NCBI GenBank assembly: GCA_963761255.1
Contig: CAVXGH010000004.1
Location: 230,890-294,889 of the forward strand
DNA length: 64,000 nt
Reading direction: 5' to 3'
Origin: an uncultured delta proteobacterium
GTDB lineage: Bacteria; Desulfobacterota; Binatia; Binatales; Binataceae
Made by a program: the position numbers and the translations under genes
Shown here: positions 45,183 through 53,359 of the stretch, piece by piece
How positions within the stretch are numbered: position 1 is the stretch's first letter
Layout: each line of letters begins with the position of its first letter
Notes under the pieces: model-generated
The model's database searches: none
Told to the model about the DNA's origin: nothing
The model's input: the letters and a program-made list of their open reading frames with translations, nothing else

Positions 45183-46799
45183 ATGCCGAAACGTGAGCCG
45201 CCATCGCGGGAACTCGTTCTTAAGCGCAACTCCGTGGAGCGCCTCAAGGCCGACCTGTTCCCCACCGAGCTGTGGGGGCAATGGGATCGGCTCGCAACCA
45301 CCTCGTACGAAAAGCTTCCCGAGGAGGACATCGTACGGCTGCAATGGTTTGGGATGTATCACGATAAGCCGAAGGTCGGCACCTTCATGATGCGCGTGAA
45401 AATCCCCAGCGGCATCCTGAGCGCGGAGGGCTTGCGCACCATCGGCGAGATTTCTGAACAGTACGGGCGCGACCAGGGTGAGTTGACGACGCGGCAAAAC
45501 ATCCAACTGCACTACATCACGCTCGACAAGTTTCCGGAAATTTTCGAGAAGCTAAAAGTGTCGGGTCTGACAACCATGGGTGGATGCGGCGACGTCGTGC
45601 GCAACATCACCGGATGCCCAGTGGCCGGCGTCGATCACGACGAGCTTTTCGATGTGACCGGTCTCATCAACGAGGCCGCGCAATTTTTCTACAACAATCG
45701 CGAATACTCGGACCTGCCGCGTAAGCACAAATTCACCATCGCGGCGTGCAAATATCATTGCAACGCGCCCGAGATTAACTGCGTGGCGCTGATCGGGATG
45801 ATCAAAGACGGCCGCGAGGGCTTCGCGATTCGCGTCGGCGGCGGGCAATCCTCCACGCCGCGGCTCGCGCGTCATCTGGGAGTGTTCATCACGCGCGAGC
45901 AGGCGATTCCGGTGATGCGCGCGATCGTCGATACCTGGCAATCAACCACCGAGTATCGGATCTCGCGGGTCAAGGCGCGCCTCAAGTTCATGATCGATGA
46001 CTACGGGCCGGAGGAGTTTCGCAAATTAGTCGAAGCCCGGCTCGGCTTCGCGCTGGAAGACCTCGCGGAAACGCCTCTGCCGGACGAAGAAAGCGATCAC
46101 ATGGGCATCCGTGAGCAGAAGCAGTCGGGCTTTTACTCGGTAGGATTTCCGGTTTACCTCGGCACGATGACGGGCCGTCAAATGCGCGAGATCGCCGCGA
46201 TTGTCGCGAACTTCGGTGGCGACATTCGGCTGACGCGGCGGCAGAATTTTATTGTTACCGGGATTCCCAAGGATCACCTCGATAACGTCATCGGAGAGAT
46301 CGGCAAGGTCGGTTTCCCCCTCGATGCGAACGGCCTCTACGCCTCATCGATCGGATGCATCGGCGATCCGCATTGCAACTACGCTGTGACGCCGACCAAG
46401 ACCAAGCTTGCCACCATCATAGAGCGGCTGGTGACTGACTTCGGCGACAAGGTCGCGGGCCTGAAGCTGAATCTCGACGGATGCCCGCACGCATGCGCGC
46501 AGCATTGGACCGGCGACATCGGATTGCAGGGCACGACCTCGCGCGGACCGAATGGCGAACCGGTAGAATCATTCGACATCATCCTGCGCGGCGGCCTCGG
46601 CAAAGATGCGGCGATCGGCAAGCCGATCCTGCGGCGCATCCCATCGCCCAATGTCGAGGACTACGTCTCGCGTCTTTTCGCCGGCTACCTGGCGAAGCGT
46701 GACGGCGAGGAAACCTTCACAAAATTTTGCGTCCGCACCCCAGACGCCGATTTGATTGCGATCGCGCAAGGCGGAACATCCGCCCAGGCTGCGGCTTAA
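45183..46799 (+). CDS. Ferredoxin-dependent sulfite/nitrite reductase (siroheme-[4Fe-4S]); probably assimilatory sulfite reductase
   Basis: Two NiR/SiR ferredoxin-like half-domains with siroheme-binding Cys clusters (…TTMGGCGDVVRNITGCP…; …DGCPHACAQH…). Followed by cysH. GGAG RBS before MPKREP; the ORF is open to 45132. Confidence 0.85.
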   Translation: MPKREPPSRELVLKRNSVERLKADLFPTELWGQWDRLATTSYEKLPEEDIVRLQWFGMYHDKPKVGTFMMRVKIPSGILSAEGLRTIGEISEQYGRDQGELTTRQNIQLHYITLDKFPEIFEKLKVSGLTTMGGCGDVVRNITGCPVAGVDHDELFDVTGLINEAAQFFYNNREYSDLPRKHKFTIAACKYHCNAPEINCVALIGMIKDGREGFAIRVGGGQSSTPRLARHLGVFITREQAIPVMRAIVDTWQSTTEYRISRVKARLKFMIDDYGPEEFRKLVEARLGFALEDLAETPLPDEESDHMGIREQKQSGFYSVGFPVYLGTMTGRQMREIAAIVANFGGDIRLTRRQNFIVTGIPKDHLDNVIGEIGKVGFPLDANGLYASSIGCIGDPHCNYAVTPTKTKLATIIERLVTDFGDKVAGLKLNLDGCPHACAQHWTGDIGLQGTTSRGPNGEPVESFDIILRGGLGKDAAIGKPILRRIPSPNVEDYVSRLFAGYLAKRDGEETFTKFCVRTPDADLIAIAQGGTSAQAAA

Positions 46800-46829
46800 A
46801 CGTCATAGGACCACCTCAGCGAGAACACC

Positions 46830-47657
46830 ATGTCGACTCATCAGCACAGCGAAACCCCAACCTTGATCCATACCATGGATGAACTCGAAGCCGGCGAAGT
46901 CGCCGTCGAGCTCGATGACAAGGAACCGCAGGAAGTCCTCGCGTGGTCGATCGATCGATTCGGCAACGAGTTGGGCATCTGCTCGAGCTTCCAGGCCGAG
47001 GGCTGCCTGCTCATCGACATGGCGCACAAGATCGATCCCAAGATTCGCGTGTTCACCATCGATACCGGACGCCAGCCGCAGGAGACCTACAACCTCATCG
47101 ACAAGATTCGCGATCGCTACGGGATCAAGGTCGAAATTTTCCTGCCCGACAGCAACATCATTCAGCAGATGGTGACCAAGCACGGCAACAATCTGTTCTA
47201 TCGCGAACTCGACCTGCGCCTGCTCTGCTGCCAGGTGCGCAAGGTGCTTCCGCTGCGCAAGGCGCTGATGAACTACAGCGCGTGGGTGACTGGTCTGCGC
47301 CGTGACCAGTGGGCCACGAGATCCAATATCCGCAAAGTTGAGATCGATCACGATCACGGCGGCATCGTGAAGCTGGCGCCGCTGGCCGACTGGACCGAAA
47401 ACGAAGTATGGGACTACATCAAGCTGAACGATGTTCCCTACAACGAGTTATATGACAAAGGCTACCAGTCCATCGGATGCGCGCCGTGCACGCGCTCCGT
47501 CGCCGAGGGCGCCGATCCGCGTTCCGGGCGATGGTGGTGGGAGACTGGCGCGCCGAAAGAATGCGGCATGCACTGCTCGATCGAGACCGGGGGCTTCGAG
47601 CATGAGCTCGCGGCACTGCTCGGCGACGGCCATAACAACAATGGGCGTGGTATCTGA
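46830..47657 (+). CDS. cysH: Adenylyl-sulfate (APS)/PAPS reductase, Fe-S-containing CysH type
   Basis: PP-loop-like ...CSSFQAEG..., the Cys pair LCCQVRKV, a CAPC motif and a C-terminal ECGMH motif (the ECGLH signature of CysH-type reductases). Confidence 0.9.
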   Translation: MSTHQHSETPTLIHTMDELEAGEVAVELDDKEPQEVLAWSIDRFGNELGICSSFQAEGCLLIDMAHKIDPKIRVFTIDTGRQPQETYNLIDKIRDRYGIKVEIFLPDSNIIQQMVTKHGNNLFYRELDLRLLCCQVRKVLPLRKALMNYSAWVTGLRRDQWATRSNIRKVEIDHDHGGIVKLAPLADWTENEVWDYIKLNDVPYNELYDKGYQSIGCAPCTRSVAEGADPRSGRWWWETGAPKECGMHCSIETGGFEHELAALLGDGHNNNGRGI

Positions 47658-47719
47658 GCGCTGACAGCCTCAAGCTCGATTCCACTCAGCGCGAGGTTCT
47701 GCTCGGCGAGCTCCAGAAC

Positions 47720-48124
47720 ATGCTCGCGCGGCCGCTCTCGCCCGATGCTCGCACGCCCTACGAGAATCTTCAGAAATGCATCGAGGAAAGCCTCCGTATC
47801 CCGTCTGATCTAAATCCCTATCTCGGCATGATGATCGAAAGCTCGATCATCACCGGCAATGCGAAGCGCTTCGGCGCCGGCGTGCAACAATCGATGGTCG
47901 CGCTGTTCCAGAAATTGCCGCAGGGCAAGGCGATCGCGGATTCAATCAGCGCGGTCAACGCCGCCCTTGAGAAAGTGAAAGGCCACGCCATCGAGCAAGT
48001 CTCGACGACTCTTCGCGCCCCGGGTTCCTATGCGGTGACGCTAAAAACCGATCAGCTCCAGATAGTGATCATCCTCGATCGCACCGGCCTTAGCATCGAA
48101 AGTCTCGAAGTGAACTTGGGCTGA
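47720..48124 (+). CDS. Hypothetical protein (134 aa)
   Basis: First canonical start in an ORF that opens just after the cysH stop. No recognisable motif (…NPYLGMMIESSIITGNAKRFGAGVQQSMVALFQKLPQGKAIADSISAVNAALEK…). Confidence 0.5.
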   Translation: MLARPLSPDARTPYENLQKCIEESLRIPSDLNPYLGMMIESSIITGNAKRFGAGVQQSMVALFQKLPQGKAIADSISAVNAALEKVKGHAIEQVSTTLRAPGSYAVTLKTDQLQIVIILDRTGLSIESLEVNLG

Positions 48125-48246
48125 GAGGTGAACGTAGCTTGGATCGATGGGAACCTCGACCAACGTGAGCGGGTCGAGTTCCTCCCGCAGCTACTCACGA
48201 CTCGATGTAAGCGTTACAAAAGGGGACGAGGACATCGTCGCGGCGC

Positions 48247-50568
48247 ATGAGTGGATGGCAGGAAATATCGGCGCAGTTCTATGGCAACCGGCTGCTGTTC
48301 GGCGACCCCGAGGAGCGCGGCATCGTCGCGGTTGAAATCGCCTCGCGTACCGAGGTCGAGATTTTCAAGCGCGACGGCGACCACATCAATCGCGAGCGGC
48401 GACCTCTCCAGCTTTTCGCCATTGTCGAGGACCGCGATGCGCTGCGCGGTTTCAAGCCGGCGCATCAGGTCACGGAACTGAAGGGAGATTTTCGATTTCG
48501 CCATCTGGTCACGCTCACCTCGAGCGAGGGGCTGGAGGACCTGAAGCGCCATCTCAAGAAAGTCACCGGCAAGACGTCGGGCTCGCCCGAGGCGCCCTAT
48601 CTGCTGCTTTCCGATCCGGTCGAGCAGTACCTGATGCAGACCGGCATGACGCATTTCATCGGGATGGAATTCGGCCAGCTGCGCCGCCTGCAACTTCATA
48701 TCGAGACCTACATCACCGCGGGCTTCGAATTTGCGTCGGCGGCCCGTGAAGGCGATCGCATCGTCGCCATCGCGATCGCCGACAACACCGGCTTCGAGCA
48801 GGTGATTCGCGGCGATGCCATCGACGAGCGTGCGATGCTCGCCGAACTGGTGCGCATCATCGGCGAGTGCGATCCCGATGTTATCGAGGGGCACAATCTG
48901 TTCCGCGCGAATCTCGAATACCTGGAGCATCGCGCGCGCAAGCTGGGAGTCAAACTTGCGCTGGGACGCGACGGCAGCGTGATGTATGCGCGTCCGGCGC
49001 GCCTGCAAATCGCCGAGCGCACCATCGCGTACCGCAAGTTCGACGCCTACGGACGCAACCTCGTCGATACCTGGATTCTCGCGCAACACTACGATATCGG
49101 CAGCCGCGAGCTCGAAGGCTTCGAGTTGCGCGACCTCGCGAAGCATCTCGGTGTCACGCGCGAGGGCCGCGTCTATCTCGATGCAACGCGCACCAGCCAT
49201 TACTTCGATAATGATTGCGAGGCGCTGTTTCAGTCCGCGCTCGAAGAGGTGCGCGAGACCCGCGACATCGCGGAAGCGCTGTCCGCCAGCTATTTCGTGC
49301 AGGCGCAGATTTTTCCGTACTCGTACCAGAACGCGATCCTGCGCGGGAACGCGACCAAGATCGACGCGCTGATGCTGCGCGCTTATCTCATCGAGCGTCA
49401 TTCGATTCCGGCCGGCGGCGAGCCCAAAGCATTCGCGGGCGGCTACACGGAGATGCGTCGATGCGGCGTCGCGCGGAACGTTTTCCATTGCGATGTCACA
49501 TCTTTGTATCCTTCGATGATGCTCGAATTCGGTCACGCGCCCGCCTCCGATGCGCTCGGCGTGTTTCTCAAGATGCTCAGTGACTTGCGCAGCTTTCGTG
49601 TCAAGGCGAAGGCGCTCGCGCGTGAACTCAGCGGCAGCGCGCGGCGCAATATCGAGGCGCTGCAGCAGACCTTCAAGATTCTCATCAATTCATTTTACGG
49701 CTACCTCGGCTTCTCGATGGGGCATTTCAGCGATTTCGACCAGGCCAGCGCGGTCACACGGCGCGGGCGCGAGCTGATTCAGTCGGCTATCGACGAGCTG
49801 GAAAAACGCGGCGCGAAAATGATCGAGGTCGACACCGACGGCATTTACTTCGTGCTGCCCGGCAACTCCGACAGCGATGCTGAGGCCGAGGCGATGCTGG
49901 CGGAGATCGCGGCGACCATGCCGGCGGGCATCAAGCTGGAGATCGACGGCAAATACCCCGCCATGTTTTCCTACAAAATGAAAAACTACGTGCTGCTCGA
50001 TGGGACCGGCGAGATGACGATTCGAGGCTCGGGGCTGAAGTCGCGCGGGCTCGAGCGCTTTCAGCGCCGCTTCATGGAAGAGATGTTCCTGCTCCTGATG
50101 ACCGATCGCCACCTCGAGCTGCAAAATCTCTTCGCCGGTTATCTCGCAAAGATTGCCGCGCACGAAATCGGTATCGATGCGTTGATGAAGACCGAGACGC
50201 TGCAGGACTCGCTCGACAACTACCGCGAGAAGGTCGGCGGCAAGCGCCGCAACGCCGCGGCGGCGTATGAGCTGGCGCTGAAATCCACGCGCACGTATGT
50301 TGCCGGTGATCAGGTTTCATATTACGTCACCGGGCGCGGCACCAAGGTTAAAGTCGCGACCGCAGCGAAGCTGGTCGGCGAGTATGACGCGACCCGTCCC
50401 GACGAGAACGTCGAGTACTACCAGGCGAAGCTCACCGACCTGTTCGAGAAGTTTCGCGTCTTCGCGGACAAACCCGGATTGTTCGCCGCCGCGGAACTCG
50501 AAAAGGCCGCTGCCGAGGAGGTCGCGGACGCATCGCAGCAGGACTTTTTTTCGACGCGTGAGAAGTAG
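48247..50568 (+). CDS. polB: DNA polymerase II (family B DNA polymerase with 3'-5' exonuclease domain)
   Basis: Collinear with E. coli Pol II. Exo I LQLHIETYI (DIET), DPDVIEGHN, LGRDGS. Motif A DVTSLYPS, motif B KILINSFYGYLGF, motif C EVDTDGIYF (a variant of YGDTDS). Confidence 0.85.
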   Translation: MSGWQEISAQFYGNRLLFGDPEERGIVAVEIASRTEVEIFKRDGDHINRERRPLQLFAIVEDRDALRGFKPAHQVTELKGDFRFRHLVTLTSSEGLEDLKRHLKKVTGKTSGSPEAPYLLLSDPVEQYLMQTGMTHFIGMEFGQLRRLQLHIETYITAGFEFASAAREGDRIVAIAIADNTGFEQVIRGDAIDERAMLAELVRIIGECDPDVIEGHNLFRANLEYLEHRARKLGVKLALGRDGSVMYARPARLQIAERTIAYRKFDAYGRNLVDTWILAQHYDIGSRELEGFELRDLAKHLGVTREGRVYLDATRTSHYFDNDCEALFQSALEEVRETRDIAEALSASYFVQAQIFPYSYQNAILRGNATKIDALMLRAYLIERHSIPAGGEPKAFAGGYTEMRRCGVARNVFHCDVTSLYPSMMLEFGHAPASDALGVFLKMLSDLRSFRVKAKALARELSGSARRNIEALQQTFKILINSFYGYLGFSMGHFSDFDQASAVTRRGRELIQSAIDELEKRGAKMIEVDTDGIYFVLPGNSDSDAEAEAMLAEIAATMPAGIKLEIDGKYPAMFSYKMKNYVLLDGTGEMTIRGSGLKSRGLERFQRRFMEEMFLLLMTDRHLELQNLFAGYLAKIAAHEIGIDALMKTETLQDSLDNYREKVGGKRRNAAAAYELALKSTRTYVAGDQVSYYVTGRGTKVKVATAAKLVGEYDATRPDENVEYYQAKLTDLFEKFRVFADKPGLFAAAELEKAAAEEVADASQQDFFSTREK

Positions 50569-50619
50569 ACCGCGCGCCGCGACTTGCGCGATACTCCGCC
50601 TCCTCAGGAGGACATCGCG

Positions 50620-51702
50620 ATGGCCGAAGAAAAATCATCCAAGCCGCAACTCGATTGGGACAAGGCGCGCAAGTTTCTGTTCCAGGTAAACAACGATATC
50701 GGCGCCGCTATGCTCGGTGCGATGAACTATCTGGGCGACCGGCTCGGCATCTTCAAGGCGCTCGCCGATGCGGGATGGGTGACCAGCCAGGAACTCGCCG
50801 ATCGCGCGAAGCTCAACGAGCGCTACATACGTGAATGGCTCGGTGCGGTGACCTCGGCAGGATATGTGACCTACGATCCGGCCACCAAGAAATACATGCT
50901 GCCGCCCGAGCACGCGATGGTGGTTGCGCGCGAGGAGTCGCCCTTTTTCATGGGCGGGTTCATGGAGATGGTGATCCCGAATGTCACGATGGCGCCGAAG
51001 ATTGCCGAGGCGTTTCGCAACGGCGGTGGCGTTCCGCAGGCTGAGTATCCGCCCGAGACGTGGGAAGCGATGGAGCGCTCCTCGGCCGGGATGTATCGCA
51101 ACCAGCTCATCAAGAAGTGGCTCCCGACGATGCCACAAGTGATCGAGGCTCTCAGCAACGGCGGAACGGCTGCCGACATTGGATGCGGCAGCGGCCGCGC
51201 GGTGATCGCGATCGCAACCGCGTTTCCGAAGGCGAAGGTTTTCGGCTTCGATGTGCATCCGGGATCCGTCGAACGCGCCAAGGCTAATGCGCAAGCGGCC
51301 GGCGTCGCGGATCGCGTAACTTTCGAAGCGCGCGATGCGACCAAGCTTCCCGAGAATCAGTTCGATTTCATTTCGACCTTCGACGTAGTGCATGACTCCG
51401 TCAATCCGGTCGCGCTGCTCAAATCGATCAAGCGCGCGATGAAGAAGGACGCGACCTACCTGATGCTCGAGGTCAACGTGTCCCCCAACCTCGAGGATAA
51501 CATCGGGCCGACCGGCAAGATGATGTACTCCGTCAGCACGCTCTACTGCATGACGGTATCGCTCGCGCACGGTGGGGCGGGCATCGGCGCGTGCATGGGC
51601 GAACCGAAGGCGCGCGAACTGGTTGCGGAAGCAGGATTTACGAAGTTCCGGAGGCTTCCAATCGAGGACATGTTCTCCGCGCTGTATGAGGTTCGCGCGT
51701 AA
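50620..51702 (+). CDS. SAM-dependent (O-)methyltransferase with N-terminal winged-helix dimerisation domain
   Basis: AGGAGG RBS 9 nt before the ATG (MAEEKSS). Motif I DIGCGSGRAVIAIA, acidic FGFDVHP, motif ...FDFISTFDVVHD.... The N-terminal 100 aa resemble the plant/bacterial O-MTase dimerisation domain. Confidence 0.8.
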   Translation: MAEEKSSKPQLDWDKARKFLFQVNNDIGAAMLGAMNYLGDRLGIFKALADAGWVTSQELADRAKLNERYIREWLGAVTSAGYVTYDPATKKYMLPPEHAMVVAREESPFFMGGFMEMVIPNVTMAPKIAEAFRNGGGVPQAEYPPETWEAMERSSAGMYRNQLIKKWLPTMPQVIEALSNGGTAADIGCGSGRAVIAIATAFPKAKVFGFDVHPGSVERAKANAQAAGVADRVTFEARDATKLPENQFDFISTFDVVHDSVNPVALLKSIKRAMKKDATYLMLEVNVSPNLEDNIGPTGKMMYSVSTLYCMTVSLAHGGAGIGACMGEPKARELVAEAGFTKFRRLPIEDMFSALYEVRA

Positions 51703-51973
51703 TCGAGACAGCGTGATGCGACATCGCGTGTCGCAAAATCGCGCACAATTGTTTCAAGAAAGCGCTGAACCGCGCGCATAAATTGGCGCGTCGCTTGCTC
51801 CCTCTAACGAGAGGGGGGGCCGGCGTCTGCGCGTTCCACGAACATTTTCAGCGTTCGTTTTTGCTTGCATCATTTCGATTTGCGCGACTGCATCGGCGTT
51901 CGCCGGCGGCGCGACAATCCGAGAGCCGGCCCGGCGTGCAGTCGTTGGGGGAGTAGTTCCGATTGTTCTCGCG

Positions 51974-53341
51974 ATGGGACCGCGCGTTAGCACCACGAGC
52001 CTCTACATCGACGGAACCCTGCTTGCGCCCGATGCGCCGAGCACTCTCACCTGGAATTCATCGACGGTGCCCAACGGCACCCATGTGATCTCGGTCAAAT
52101 CGTTTTCCGCGCAGGGAAAGACTCTCGGCGAGCGAGCTATTAAGGTCATCGTGCGAAATGCTCCGCCGACACCGACACCGACGATGACTCCGACGCCCGC
52201 GCCTACTACCGCCGCCGTCATCATTACTGCGCCGGGCAACGCCGCGCATGTCGAAGGGACGATCTCCTTCGACGCGATCAAGAGTGCGAGCGCGCAATGG
52301 ATGAACTTTTACGTCGATGGGAACTACGTTGCATCTTCGCCGCCGTCGGGGATCATCTGGGACTCGACATCGGTGCCGGATGGTACGCATACGCTATCAA
52401 TCAAGGGATTCGACTCATCGAGCAATGTGATCGCCGATCCCGCGATCACGGTCATGATAGACAACGTCACGATTGCTCCTTCGGCAACTGCCACCGCGAT
52501 TTCGACCCCAACCCCGAAGCCAACGGTTAACGGAACGCCGACCTCGACTCCAACCGCGAGTCCCACGCCCGCCGGCGATCCATTGCGCCCGTCCAATGAC
52601 ATTCCGAACGCGCGCGTGCCCTCGAGTGCGGAACTTGCGGCATTTCATATCGGCCTCGGCGCGTGCGGAGGCCTCGACGATTGCAGCTACATGCAGAACG
52701 TCGATGGGCAATTCACCGGCATCACTGCGGAAATCATCGAACAGGTCGCCGACAAATGGTGCCCCAATTGTACGATCGTGAATCCCATTGATGGCGAGAC
52801 CTACAGCTTCCGCGATCTCTTAAAAGCGGTCGCCGTCAATGAGACGCATTGGTACGAATGGAAAATTGCTAACCTCGCGTCATCCGATCCGATTACCGGG
52901 ACCAGGACACTGACGCCATCGCATGGCGACCTGGAGCATGTCACACCGACTCAGCCCGATGGCGGTTCATGGGGCCTGTTCCAGATTGCCGAAGGCGTGA
53001 ATGAGGGATGGCCGGCGTCGTTCCCGCTCAGCGCCACTTCGACCGGCTTTAATGCCGACTTCAAAACCGCCGAGCAGATGGGCGTTGAGCAGGGCCACCT
53101 TTCATATCTCGGCGATGCCGCTCGCTCGATTACCGCGATCAGCAACGGCTTTGCGCCGTACGTCGATTACACCGACGCGCAAGGCGTGCTTCATCGCGCG
53201 TCGAGCGATGTGAACGATCGCCGATGGGGCGCGGTCGGCAACTGGTACAGTGGCGGGTGGTACGATTCCGGCGCGATCGGGTACATCAACCAGGTGCAGC
53301 AAATCCTCCACGATCAGCCGTGGACGCAGCCGGGATTCTGA
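51974..53341 (+). CDS. Secreted protein with two Ig-like (Big) repeats joined by Pro/Thr linkers and a C-terminal lysozyme/transglycosylase-like domain; 5' end uncertain
   Basis: Two repeats (LTWNSSTVPNGTHVISVKSF… / IIWDSTSVPDGTHTLSIKGF…) separated by PTPTPTMTPTPAPTT. A signal-peptide-like segment (RRLRVPRTFSAFVFACIISICATASAFAGG) lies in-frame upstream of the first ATG, back to 51782, with no canonical start codon. A G7 homopolymer sits at 51811-51817. Confidence 0.65.
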   Translation: MGPRVSTTSLYIDGTLLAPDAPSTLTWNSSTVPNGTHVISVKSFSAQGKTLGERAIKVIVRNAPPTPTPTMTPTPAPTTAAVIITAPGNAAHVEGTISFDAIKSASAQWMNFYVDGNYVASSPPSGIIWDSTSVPDGTHTLSIKGFDSSSNVIADPAITVMIDNVTIAPSATATAISTPTPKPTVNGTPTSTPTASPTPAGDPLRPSNDIPNARVPSSAELAAFHIGLGACGGLDDCSYMQNVDGQFTGITAEIIEQVADKWCPNCTIVNPIDGETYSFRDLLKAVAVNETHWYEWKIANLASSDPITGTRTLTPSHGDLEHVTPTQPDGGSWGLFQIAEGVNEGWPASFPLSATSTGFNADFKTAEQMGVEQGHLSYLGDAARSITAISNGFAPYVDYTDAQGVLHRASSDVNDRRWGAVGNWYSGGWYDSGAIGYINQVQQILHDQPWTQPGF

Positions 53342-53359
53342 TTCGAGGCCACCGCTCCA

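Noticed and set aside
48247-50568. PolB as a protein-primed or piPolB-type polymerase of an integrated mobile element (casposon/pipolin)
   Set aside because: The domain order and motifs are collinear with chromosomal E. coli-type Pol II including the exonuclease domain. No cas1, integrase, terminal protein, TIRs or tRNA target nearby.
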